A program made the translations under genes and the position numbers. From Eledone cirrhosa (Eukaryota): DNA of 64,000 nt. Of this stretch, positions 52,545 through 63,633 are shown in pieces. Location of the stretch: assembly GCA_964016885.1 (NCBI GenBank), contig OZ024740.1:246450001-246514000 (forward strand). Direction: 5' to 3'. Numbering within the stretch: the stretch's first letter is position 1; every line of letters starts with the position of its first letter. The notes below the pieces were generated by a model. That model was given only the letters and a program-made list of their open reading frames with translations. It searched no databases and was not told the origin of the DNA.

Positions 52545-54018
52545 AACAAACTCAGCCAGACGGAGAAGAGTGGTATTGCTGGGGTAGGGCGTAATTCTAA
52601 AAAATGTTGGAGAGCGCGGAGGTCGTCATCATGAGGGATGACGGTATAGAGAGAAGTGATGTCCAGGGTAAAGAGAAGGCAGGACAGACCAGGAGGGAAG
52701 GAGAAAGAGTTGAAGTGTCTAAGGGCATGATTTGTATCGTGGATGTGGGAGGGGAGATTGCCGACCAACGGGGCGAAGATGGTATCTAAATATTCGGAAA
52801 TGATTTCAGTGGGCAGTTGCACGCGGAAACGATATGATGGCCGGGAATATTTTGTTTGTGTATCTTGGGGAGGAAGTAGATGGTGGGTGTGTGGAGGGTG
52901 CGTACAATAAGGTTGGTGGCTGTGGGGGGTAGGAGAGAGGAGAAGATGCGCCGGTGGATGGTAGAGGACACGAGTTGCTGGTAGCCAGGAGTGGGGTCGG
53001 AGGATAAAGGGCGGTAAAAAAGGGTATCGTGAAGCTGACGGGGGGCCTCAACCTTATAGAGGTTAACGTTCCAAACCACCACAGCGCCACCTTTGTCAGC
53101 GGGTTTGATGACAATGTCATCGCGATACCGAATGTTACGAAGACCTGAGAGCTCGGCCCGCGTAATGTTAGAGCGACGAGAATGCTGGTGAAAACGGAAC
53201 CAGTTCACAGTACGTCAGTAAGTATCGACAAGGGAGTCATGGGTGCTGAATTGGTCAGAGCTCGGCGTCGAATGTGATTGCCGGAGACTGAGACGAGTAA
53301 AGTCATCCATTTGTGTTGATGATGGCGTGTCGATAGAAGAACCCTTCAATTTCAGCACGTGTGCGGAACTCGTCACAGGTAGATGTGGTTGGTATAAAAC
53401 GCAAACCACAGGCGAGGAGGGAGCACTCAGCTTCGGAGAGTGGTAGGTCCTGGGATATGGTGACTACAATGCAGGGACCTGAGGGAGTGAAAGGGGTGGA
53501 GGCGGAGGGGTTAAGGTGGTTAGGCAAAGCGTGTGCAGATTTAGTGGTGGGGAGAGGAAAGGGGGTGGTAGGTGACGGGATAGAGGGGTTAAGGTTGGAG
53601 ATGAAATGAGTATGGGTGCTGACGGCAGGCGGGGAGCGGATTGAGTGGAGTTTGTTGTTTTTAATGGAAGTGAGGAAATTGAAGAGGAGGCGATTGAGGT
53701 AAAGGATGAATTGGATAAGGGATTGGGCGAGGAGGAGGTGACAAATGGAGGAGAGTTGGAGGTAGGCCTTGGGGAGATCTCGGTCGAGAGAACGGATTTG
53801 GGCGAGAGTTGATCGGATAGTCGCCCGCATGTGCTGGCGAGAGGAGCGGGTAAGGATGGGCTCAGTGGTGGGAGAAGAGTAAGAGGTGGGGTAGAACTTG
53901 AGGTGAAAACGTCGGGGGAAAAGGTGGTGGTGGAGACAGCGACTTAAATAGGTGATGTGGCTGTTATATTTTGTTTTGGTGAAGATGGGGTTGGAGAGAT
54001 GCACGGTTGATTGGATGC

Positions 54019-54260
54019 TGTGGTGAGAAAGCTACTCCACTTACCGCGAGTCTGCTGGTTCACTCCAAGCCGGGCATCAATATTCGTCGTTATCACCAAG
54101 TCGCCAAGCTGCAGCTTAATCCGGCACGTCCGTCTTGCTCCAAAGTCGCCCTGAAAAGGAAGACTTCCGGATGCCGCCCGGAAACGCATCTCCTTTCACT
54201 CCTTCTCCGCCTCCGGTCAAGCGTCCAAATCTGACGTCACCTCCTCCACACAGCCCCACA
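54019..54260 (-). repeat. 3' LTR
   Basis: About 7 substitutions and 2 single-base indels relative to 57892-58133 (hand count). Confidence 0.95.
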
Positions 54261-54292
54261 CGCCCCCCTGATCTCAAGGATCAATCTCCTCC

Positions 54293-55186
54293 TCACTCTG
54301 CTGCATGTGATACTCCGCCATCCACCCAGGCAGTCGGCGACCCCGTCGCGATCTCCGTAATGTTGGGGCGGCGCTTTCGATTTCCTCTCCGTCTTCCTCG
54401 GAGTCCGCCAACAACGATTCTACGGACATCCAGGACATGACGTGGCACTCCGTCCACGGACACGTTATTCTGGGAATTCACGGCCGTAACCGTTCCCTTT
54501 CCCCATTGAGATGTGCAGCGTGCACCTGGGGGTTTAACCCAGACTTCCTCGCCCACCTGTACAAATGCCGTCTCTCTCTCTACTGGCTAATGTGGTACCA
54601 TGCATGGGTTCCGCCACTCGTACTTGTATATCACTCTGTGTAACACCGATTCCTCAGCCAGTCCCACCCGAGGGGACATGTTGTACCAAAACACTGCCTC
54701 CATTGGTGAGATGTGCCCCCGTTCCGCCATTGCTTTGATTATGCGGTGGTGTCGCTCCACGATCCCATACCGCTCGGCCTGTATGCTGCTCGGAAGAAGC
54801 GGTTCACCTTCCATCCATCAAGCATCTCCCTCAGCGCCTCAGAGCGGAACGCTGCGCTATTATCCATCAGCAATTCATCCACAGGGCCCCGCTCCAAAAA
54901 TCTCTCTCTCAACGTCTGCGTGATTTCTTCTGCAGTTCCCATCTTCATTTCCCTCCATATCGCCATCCATCTCGGTCCACAATCAACCATCGAGAGGTAT
55001 GTTCCCTGTCGGTAGTGCGTTACGTCCACCGCCAATCGTTTCCAGTCGCGATCCACCGGGAGACTTCCCGTATCGTGCACACCCGGAGCGGGATCGATTT
55101 ACTGGCATCGGACGCAACCTCTGACGACTCTCTGGACACTGTCCCTGCGAACGTCGGAATCGATCTTTCTGACTAGGAACAGGGTC
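54293..55186 (-). pseudogene. Integrase (HHCC + DDE), disrupted
   Basis: CVRCQ*, WKRLAVDVTH, LLMDN, GIVERHHR, VWVKPP..WGKG; a 14-bp tandem duplication at 55173-55200 breaks the pol frame. Confidence 0.88.
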
Positions 55187-57169
55187 CTAGGAACAGGGTC
55201 CCATGTAGTGCATGGCATGCAACCCTTTAAAGTCCAACTCGCTCAGCCGACACACAGCGGCTATCCCCTCTTCTGCATCGTCCGGCTCTTCCATCCAGGC
55301 TTTTTTCACCCTGGTTAAGACATCTGCTCTATTTTTCTCTGAGGGCACGAAGACTACACTCAACTTCAGACCGAACTCGGTGGCCAGCTCTCCTAGAATT
55401 CCCAGGCGGCGCTTTATCAGCATTTCTGCTGCCCCTCTTGTTCGCACTCTCCTCTCACTGGTAAACACTGACCTCACCCATCCGAGTACAGTCGCCGAGT
55501 CGGTGCGAATCTCGATGGTGCGCAGTCCCCACCTCAAGGCGAAGTTCACCCCTCTCAACACAGCGTCCAGCTCGGCCACATTGATGTGGTTACAGTTATC
55601 TTTCTTCCTGAGCCAGGCTGCATCCTCACCCTCAACACCTCCTATTTCCAACGTGACACCCAGCGCTATGCTGCTGGCATCACACCATACGGTCCCGCTC
55701 TGCGATTCGGGGACATACCAGCGTCCTCGCATCGGGTCATCAGCCTTCACCCTCCCCACGATCTCCTGCATCATGGCCACCGTCCTCTCTCCCACCTTGT
55801 CACTCCAAGTAACCCCGTCCGCTCGTCTCTTGACATAGCTGCATGCCGTCCGGAGCCACCCAGCAATTGGGTAGAGACCCACCAATTTTCCACACACCGA
55901 GAAGAGTTCCCGTCTATTCATGTTTGGGCCCAGTTCCGGGACTTTATTTCTCCTCCGAAATACCAACATGCCCGTCTTGTCTTTTCGCAGCCTAAGTCCC
56001 AGCGCGGCTCCTCCCTCCAACGCCTCTGACGGCTTCGCAGTCAATCCGTATCTTCGCAAATGGCTTGTGACCTCCGCCACCAACACTATAGTCTCGTTCA
56101 CTAAGATGTCGTCAATGTAGGAATTGGCGGCCCTCTTCATCCTGTCAGTCTTTCCCAGAACGGTCTTGAGGACCACCGCCATGATGCTCGGTGCAGAGTT
56201 CATCCCGAAACAGAGCCTGGTCAGGCAATATGTCCGACCCTTATACCTGACAAGCTGATACTGCCACAGCTTCTCCTCCACGTGTAGCTGTAGATATGCC
56301 GACTTTAAGTCGACGATCGCGGAAGCCCCCGTCATACGTCTCCACTCGCGCAGAGTTTCCCCGCAAACATCCGTGACCTCACCACCCGTGTGATACGACA
56401 CATACTCGTTCAGCTCCCGAAAATCGAACACTGGTCTCACATTGTTCTTTGTGGGTTGCGCCACAGTCATTAACGGCAGCACCCCACACTTCACCTCCTC
56501 CTTCCAGGGAAGCAGTATGCCCTCCTCGATCCATCTCTCTACCTCTCGCTCAAACTCTCTCCTAGTGTCTCCTTTCAATGTGTGCTGATAGCAGCCCACT
56601 TTGTTCTTTAGTGTTGGTGGTTCTCCCTTCCAGTACCACTCAACAATCCATCGCTGCCCGCCGAACACGGCCCTGAAGTCCTTATCCTGTACGGTATTTT
56701 CCTCGTCGGCCTTCTCGCTCTCCTGACGCGTACTCACAGCGCATGCCGGTGCAGCGCCACCAAATGTTACTCCGACATCGTTCACTTTGACGCCTCCTAA
56801 TCGGCCAATCGCGTCCATGCCCATAACTACATCAATTCCATCCACTACGCAGTCAACTACAATGGCTGAAAGCCTAATTCTCTTTCCCCTTACCACCATC
56901 TCCACCTCGCTGCGACCTCTACCTTCAATCTCCCTGCCGTCAACTGCCCTTATGATGCTCTTCCCTCTCCACTTTTCCACCACCCCCGTGGTCACCAGTG
57001 TCGTTGTACATCCCGTGTCCACGAGGGCTCGTAATGCCTTTCCCTTCACAAGGACTTTCACCACAGGCAGCGCCTCTACACTCGAGGGGTAATAACTCCC
57101 CTTGCAATAACTCCCCTTGGACCGTTTCCCTGGTCGCAATTGGTAGCGATGTGGCCCGGCCGCCCACAC
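55187..57169 (-). CDS. pol: Pol: aspartic protease, reverse transcriptase, RNase H
   Basis: ALVDTGC, VRPVFDFRELN, DLKSAYLQ, YIDD, CDAS, HINVAELDA, RTDS, NRADVLTR. Confidence 0.9.
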   Translation of the reverse strand: MWAAGPHRYQLRPGKRSKGSYCKGSYYPSSVEALPVVKVLVKGKALRALVDTGCTTTLVTTGVVEKWRGKSIIRAVDGREIEGRGRSEVEMVVRGKRIRLSAIVVDCVVDGIDVVMGMDAIGRLGGVKVNDVGVTFGGAAPACAVSTRQESEKADEENTVQDKDFRAVFGGQRWIVEWYWKGEPPTLKNKVGCYQHTLKGDTRREFEREVERWIEEGILLPWKEEVKCGVLPLMTVAQPTKNNVRPVFDFRELNEYVSYHTGGEVTDVCGETLREWRRMTGASAIVDLKSAYLQLHVEEKLWQYQLVRYKGRTYCLTRLCFGMNSAPSIMAVVLKTVLGKTDRMKRAANSYIDDILVNETIVLVAEVTSHLRRYGLTAKPSEALEGGAALGLRLRKDKTGMLVFRRRNKVPELGPNMNRRELFSVCGKLVGLYPIAGWLRTACSYVKRRADGVTWSDKVGERTVAMMQEIVGRVKADDPMRGRWYVPESQSGTVWCDASSIALGVTLEIGGVEGEDAAWLRKKDNCNHINVAELDAVLRGVNFALRWGLRTIEIRTDSATVLGWVRSVFTSERRVRTRGAAEMLIKRRLGILGELATEFGLKLSVVFVPSEKNRADVLTRVKKAWMEEPDDAEEGIAAVCRLSELDFKGLHAMHYMGPCS

Positions 57170-57825
57170 CGGTAGTAAATTATGTCTGGTGTCGACTCCT
57201 TACAATCTCTCGCCATGTGCGCACCCTGGCACCTATAACAACGGCCCCTAAACGTGCGTGGGCGACTATTCGCCGTGTTTGTCGCCCTTTCGGCATTTCG
57301 CTGTCGGCTGCCCCGGGCCTCCATCGCCGCTATTGCCGCAACTCTCTTCTTGGCATCTTCCGCTATGATGCGGGCTTGCACTACCAATGTACGCATCTCC
57401 ATTTTCTTGTAGCCAGGTATTTGCTGCAGTCTTACCGCAATGTCATTCGGAAAACCATTTATAAATGCCAGCCGTACTGCACACTTGCACTCGACCTGAA
57501 AACCCGCCAGCATGGCCAATCTCCTTATCTCCGCAGCAAAAATATCCACACGCTGACCTTCCCACCTTATCCTCGCCAGCTTGGCAAACGCGGTACACAG
57601 ACCTTCCGCAAACGTTTCCATCATACGCCGTTCAATCTTTTGCGCGTCTCTCTGGCTGATTTCGTCCATCTCGAGGTACAATGCTAGCGCATTCCCCTCG
57701 AGATATAGCGCCATGAGACCGGCCACATCGTCTATCTTTAGTAGCTCGGCGACCACCCGGACCTTCCGCATCCAAGCGATAACGTCTCCTTCACCGGTAA
57801 AAGCTTTAAGTACTTCACCGCTCAA
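57076..57825 (-). CDS. gag: Gag with two CCHC-like zinc knuckles
   Basis: CYRCQGAHMARDC and YYRCGRPGHIATNC; start codon uncertain. Confidence 0.85.
   Translation of the reverse strand: MSGEVLKAFTGEGDVIAWMRKVRVVAELLKIDDVAGLMALYLEGNALALYLEMDEISQRDAQKIERRMMETFAEGLCTAFAKLARIRWEGQRVDIFAAEIRRLAMLAGFQVECKCAVRLAFINGFPNDIAVRLQQIPGYKKMEMRTLVVQARIIAEDAKKRVAAIAAMEARGSRQRNAERATNTANSRPRTFRGRCYRCQGAHMARDCKESTPDIIYYRCGRPGHIATNCDQGNGPRGVIARGVITPRV
57086..57130 (-). promoter_or_regulatory. Putative -1 ribosomal frameshift signal (G GGA AAC + downstream stem)
   Basis: Heptamer at 57124-57130 in the gag frame (CAG GGA AAC); the -1 frame is pol; downstream AGGGG..CCCCT stem. Confidence 0.8.
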
Positions 57826-57891
57826 CCGTAATCTTGTCGCCCTTTTTTTTTTTTTTTTTTCAATTGTACGTCTTCATGTGCCGAAATAGCT

Positions 57892-58133
57892 TGTGGTGAG
57901 AAAGCTACTCCACTTACCGCGAGTCTGCTGGTTCACTCCAAGCCGGGCATCAATCTTCATCGTTATCATCAAGTCGCCAAGCTGCAGCTTAATCCGGCAC
58001 GTCCGTCTTGCTCCAAAGTCGCCCTGAAAAGAAGACTTCCGGATGCCGCCCCGGAAACGCATTTCCTCTCACTCCTCCTCCGCCTCCGGTCAAGCGTCCA
58101 CATCTGACGTCACCTCCTCCACACAGCCCCACA
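57892..58133 (-). repeat. 5' LTR with CRE (TGACGTCA 58105-12), GC-box and ETS (CCGGAAGT 58035-42) motifs
   Basis: Direct repeat of 54019-54260; the motifs are present in both LTRs. Confidence 0.95.
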
Positions 58134-58410
58134 GATGCAAATAGCGGGGAGGGGTTGGAGGAAACGTTTGAGAGTGGAATGGAGGTGGCAGAGAAAAGAT
58201 TTGAGATTGGGCATGTTGAAGGTACTAGGGTGGGAGTGAAAAATAGACGGGTGAGAAGAAGGTGGTCTAAGAATATAGTAGTAGAGGAAAAGTGATAGAT
58301 AGTCGTGGTATATTTAAATGCAAGAAGCAAAGAAGCTTTCAGTGATACGAAAGATTTCCTGGTCGAAGTTCAGGTATACTCCACGTTGATATCTAGTTTC
58401 GGGGTGAAAC
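58134..58410 (-). mobile_element. 5' remainder of the Neptune-like PLE
   Basis: Same purine-rich (plus strand) composition and Ser/Pro/Thr-rich coding bias, continuing across the GATGC TSD. Confidence 0.6.
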
Positions 58411-58993
58411 TCCAGAGACAGTTTACGTACATATATATTTACACAACATATATATTTACACAACATATATATTTACAACACATGCACACTCGCATACAAA
58501 CACACACACATATATATATACATATATACAACGGATGGTCAAGACAACGCCCGAAGCACTACCCTGAGAAAATGAATGTCGATCCAACTTAAGTTGCCGT
58601 GAACTAGTGTCTATCAGTCTATTGTATTACTCACCTGTCATTCTGAATCGCGTTGTTTGTAGATGGATATAAGCTGTATGTAGACAGACAGGTATGTTAA
58701 CATGCGTAGCTAATGTGAGTGTTCGTATTTTCTTCTGACGTTTACTTGTTCATGTGTGCTGGTACATTTAGATATATCAATCTACGTATGTATGCGTGTG
58801 TGTGTGTGGGTGGTGGGGGAGGTGGTGGGGGATGGGTGGATGCGTTGTGTGTCGTGTATGTTTGCTCGCCTACCCAATTATTTATCTATCTATTCCCCCA
58901 ATATGTCTTTACTACGCTTTGACTGTATCTCGCTTTCTAAATATACGTATACATCATTTCCCTGGATATTGAACGTGTTTCTAGCGGAAACGA

Positions 58994-59045
<52 letters not shown>

Positions 59046-59783
59046 TATGCATGCACATTCGTAATCATCAGCAAATGAATAGCCAGTATGATTTCTTTTC
59101 CATATGCCGTACCATTTAATCTAATTATATATATTCATTGCAAGAAGGCTTTCCAAATGTTTATTTATCATTAAACATACCGTAAATCCTTAGATACACG
59201 AAATTCACATACTTATATGTTTACAGCTACGCCGGAGCAAAAATCTTAATTCTATATATATTTATATATTATTGTTAAGAAATTTGAATTGTTTCAATTT
59301 CATCGACTTCTTGGCTAAAGTCTAGCAAGCTGAACAACTGCGTAGAAGTACCATCTTTTAAAAAAGGGACAATGCATGTAGGACAATATATACAAATATA
59401 TTTACACACAAAAATGTGGGATAGTTACAGATAGAATATCTTTGATCATAGGTTCGTTTGACTGGGACTAGCCTGGGGCTAAATTCCGCCACCATTGGAA
59501 CAGTACCTGAGAAATTACTCTTGTATGCAGTCGCCCATGTATGGAAGTTTCTTCCCATACTGCTTCCATGGTAAAGCGGAATCTAGGGTCATTACAACTT
59601 AGCGTCAGTAATGTTGCAGGCGAACTCAAAGAATCTTGAGCGTCGCTTTAACAATTCATCCGATTCACCACCCAGAACTGGTACTTTTTTTATCGATTCC
59701 CAAAAAACTGAAAGGCAAAGCTAGCCATGGCAAGATTTAAGCTCAGAGTGCAGAGAGTAGAAGCAAAAATGACAATGTATACA

Positions 59784-60377
59784 TATATATATATATATAT
59801 ATAAACATGAGAAGAAAGAAGAATACTGCGTGGTTGCACATGGATTACATATGGTGAAAATAGTCCGTTGTCAGTGATTTGCCAACCATCATTGATATTA
59901 CATCGCATTAAAAATCATATACCTCCGGTTGGTGCGAGCAATAGCTAAATAAAGCTATTGGGACAAGTAAATCGCGTAAAGCGAGTGAGACAAGTAAACA
60001 ACATAGAAGGATGAAAGCAACGCAAAGATAGGAATAAACAAGCAACATGGTTATCCGGTCAGCATAAGCTGGGTGGATTTCATGAGCGATCGTGATACAG
60101 ACCGTCCGACGTGAGTGAGATGTGAGCAAGAAGAGAGCCCACTACTAACCAAACGGGAGGAAGTGAGAAGGGGAGAAATAGAGAGTGAATGAGTGGAAGT
60201 GCGAGGAAGAGGTCAGTCGAGAGAAAGTGTAACTGACAGAGGGGGCGAAAGAAGGTGAGAGAAACAGAGAGAACGGGGAAGCAGTAAGAGAGAAACAGAC
60301 AAACGCAGCCGATGTAAATATATATAAAAAACATGAGAAGAAAGAAGAATACTGCGTGGTTGCACATGGATTACATA

Positions 60378-60378
<1 letters not shown>
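59784..60378. repeat. ~50-bp direct repeats bounding a ~540-bp unit
   Basis: AAACATGAGAAGAAAGAAGAATACTGCGTGGTTGCACATGGATTACATAT at about 59803-59850 and 60329-60378. Confidence 0.7.
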
Positions 60379-60456
<78 letters not shown>

Positions 60457-61299
60457 TATACATTTGTTGTTGGTATGGGAATTTCGACCACTTTCCTACT
60501 CTTGAATAGACGAGAAAGATATCCTTTTGATAATTTACAACTTCGAGACTATGGTCAGTTGAAGAAGACAGAATCGTTAATTGACACATCAGTGACGCCT
60601 CGCTCTAAAAATTGTGAACACAATATCTGGAAGGACCTTTTTAGGAATTAATATGCTCGCTGAACACACGAGAACACGTTTTTTTTTTGCCTGCAGCACA
60701 TCATATAAACGGATATTTCATCTGAAGATATCGTTTCCATACCAACAACAAATGCATATACTACATCTTGGATTGTATAAGGGAAACATTGAAATAATTA
60801 TAATGAATAAACAATTTATGTAATCTTAGCATCTTTCTTAATGTTATTCTTATACTGAATCTCTATCGTAACTACACTCGTAGTGTAGAGAGCTTTCTCC
60901 TGTTTACTCCTGTTCTTCCAAAACAACTGTTACTGAACACACACACACACACACACATTATTTACTTGATCTACAAGTGTTCCATTCCCTTTGGATATTA
61001 CTTACAATGTCCTTATAAAGACACCACCAGGATCAATTATATTTATAACATTTAAAATGTTTATTTACCGATCCATCTATTCTTTACCGCATGCTTTCGC
61101 TGTAAATTGTAAACAAAGTTTTTTCTAATGTTATGGAAGGTTAGAATTACCAAAATTATTTAATGGTACTTTTCATAATAATTGTTCTACTTGGTATCAG
61201 CAATCCTATTCTGATGTTCTGTGATTTAAATCTAAGATGACCGGAAGTATACCACAGGATTTACCTCTGAAATAGGTTCTGGATATAAAATAAACCCCA

Positions 61300-61427
61300 T
61301 TTGAGCAAGGTTAGCTTTGCCTTTCAGCCTTACGGGGTCGATAAAATAAAGATCTAGGGGCGATTTAATCGACCTTCCAGTCCTCCCAAAATTGTTGGCC
61401 TTGTGCCAAAAGTAGAAACAATTATTA
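61300..61427 (+). mobile_element. SINE family 1 variant fragment
   Basis: Core TTTGCCTTTCAGCCTTACGGGGTCGATAAAATAAA and tail GTGCCAAAAGTAGAAACAATTATT. Confidence 0.7.
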
Positions 61428-61700
61428 CTGCGACTAATCCAGGCTTTGCTGCACTTCGGGCTGAGGAGGGTAAACTCTTCAAATATCGGTCGCTCTTCGA
61501 CAGGTTTGCAGTCGAACCCCTAGAAGTGGAGGCTTCTGGTGTCCTTGGCCCTAGGGCCACCTCTCTACTCATCATCATAGACGCTGAGCTGGCTAGTTGT
61601 GAGCCTCGCAAGATGGAATGACTCTTCCAGCGCATCTCCCTCACCATCCTTCGGGGAAACCCCTTCTCTATTCTGTCTACGGAGGCCGGGGAGCAACCAG
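61428..61700 (+). mobile_element. CRE-like LINE REL endonuclease C-terminus
   Basis: AALRAEEGKLFKY, EPLEVEASGVLGPRA, EPRKME*LFQRISLTILRGN. Confidence 0.7.
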
Positions 61701-62272
61701 CGCGTGGGACCCCATTTGCTCATAATAGTGAGAGATGGGGAGGGAAAGAGAGATGGAGGCGATGACAGTGGGAGTTTGGCTCCTCTGTGTTAGGACCTGG
61801 TATACGTGTGTGTTTATTTTACACTATCGACTCTAATTTACTGTTGAAACTGTTTTGATTATTATTACACTCATTGTGAACACATTCAGTCATCCACTTG
61901 TTTGCTTATTTATTTACTTAGTGGCTGTAGTCTGTTTAGTAAGAATTGTCACTACTGGTGTGATGACCTTATACTGGGTCATTCTAGTTTGACACCTCCA
62001 CTGCCTCCCTGCTAAACGGACATTCTTTTCACTGCCTGTTTACGATGCAGCACTACAACAAAAAACTAGACTTTGAATGACCAGCTAACTTACCAACACA
62101 CGCACATGCACACACAGACATATACGTGTACATTTACTATATCACTATGAGGTCTAGTGATTCGGCGCAGGTCACAGATTTAGTCAGTTTGTACCTCTTA
62201 AATGAAATTTATAAAGCTTTACCTTACCTGAAGGATGGATTGTATCGCGACGATGCATTATTTACTTTAGAT

Positions 62273-62383
62273 GAGTTCAAATCCCACCAAGGTTGACTTT
62301 GCCTTTCATCCTTACGGGGTCGATAAAATAAAGTACCAGTAATGCACTGGGTAATTGCTGGCCTTGTGCCTAAAGTAGAAACA
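62273..62383 (+). mobile_element. SINE family 1, 5'-truncated
   Basis: Starts at the B-box; bounded by ATTATTTACTTTAGAT copies. Confidence 0.88.
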
Positions 62384-62402
62384 ATTATTTACTTTAGATT
62401 AT

Positions 62403-62586
62403 GGCAGTGGATTGGCAGTATCAGTAGAGGGTCGGACGCCATGCTTTCCAGCATAGTTACGTCCCTTTACGATCTGAGTTCAAATCCCGCCGAGGTTGAC
62501 TTTGCCTTTCATCCTTACGGGGTCGATAAAATAAAGTACCAGTAATGTACTGGGTAATTGCTGGCCTTGTGCCTAAAGTAGAAACA
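62403..62586 (+). mobile_element. SINE family 1, full length
   Basis: TSD ATTATTTACTTTAGATTAT at 62384-402 / 62587-605. Confidence 0.9.
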
Positions 62587-63533
62587 ATTATTTACTTTAG
62601 ATTATAAAAAATATTAAATTGAAAGAACTAAGAAAGATCTATTTAAACTCTTCAAAAACTTTAACCCAAGCATTATTTTAGATAAGAACACCATAAACCC
62701 AATGCAAAACTTTTTTATGTTGATACCAATTCTAGCCATCCTAGATCTGTCTTAAACTCAATTATCAAAGGTGTATCTAATAGAATTAGTAATTTATCCT
62801 ATAATGAAGACACATTTAACCATAATGTCCATTATTATAATGAAGCTCTATCACGTTCTGGCTATAAAGATAAAATTAAGTTTATGCCTAAAAAATCCTT
62901 TACCAACTGCAAAAAACAACCTAATATTATTTCTCATAAAACATATCCAGAATAATGGTGCTGGTGTTATGGTGTGTAACAGTGGGTTAAATAATGATAT
63001 ACACCGATTTACAGTAATAATTTCTAAAGATAAGAGAAATATTATGAATAAAAAGAATAGTATTAACTAAACCAAACATCTGTAATACTAGATATAAAAC
63101 AGAAGATTATAATCATACGAACCCACTCACCAGTAACAAAATTAAAAAGAATAGAAGAAGGCTTGAATATTTTAATCCACTCTTCAATTTTAATGTTTCT
63201 ACTAATATACCTAGAGTATTCTTCTCTATTTTGGAAAAAAAATTCCCAATTGAGCATAAGTATCATAGTTTAATTAATAAGAATACCATTAAAATCTAAC
63301 TGGGAATGTGTTCGTAAAAGCTGCTTCGTATAGACCCCCAATAAATTCTGCAACCTTTGCCTGCTTGAATCCCATACTATTATCTTCTCCAAATCAGATT
63401 TATTAAATAGGAAATCTGAGATTTTTTCCGCTTGTAAACATATCAATCACCATTCTTTTCACTATTTTAAACCTAGTAACCAATCTATACCAATGTAGCT
63501 TATATGTATATGTATTTCTTTAGTAATATTAAT

Positions 63534-63633
63534 ATTATTATACGCTTATATCTTCCCTATTCACTTCGATTTTGATTATAATCTATTATAATCAAAATCG
63601 AAGTGAATAGGGAAGATATAAGCGTATAATAAT
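63534..63633. repeat. Perfect 100-bp palindrome (49-bp arms, CT loop)
   Basis: 63534-63582 is the reverse complement of 63585-63633. Confidence 0.92.

Larger units (their letters stand above)
50720..54018 (-). mobile_element. Neptune-like PLE, near full length, frameshifted; its 5' part continues beyond the LTR insertion
   Basis: LSEAECSLLACGLRFIPT, IKPADKGGAVVVW, YFLPKIHK, TLDITSLYT, AMGTRMGP, YIDD, CSRPRCNTC, RFAEHLRDI, PYGLN. Confidence 0.92.
54019..58133 (-). mobile_element. Complete LTR retrotransposon (gag, PR-RT-RH-IN; Ty3/Gypsy-like order)
   Basis: Two 242-bp TG..CA LTRs, 5-bp TSD GATGC (54014-18 / 58134-38), polypurine tract AGGGGGGCG next to the 3' LTR. Confidence 0.97.

Noticed and set aside
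55212-57889. Long plus-strand ORFs over the LTR element
   Set aside because: They are antisense shadows of gag/pol in GC-rich sequence, with no motifs.
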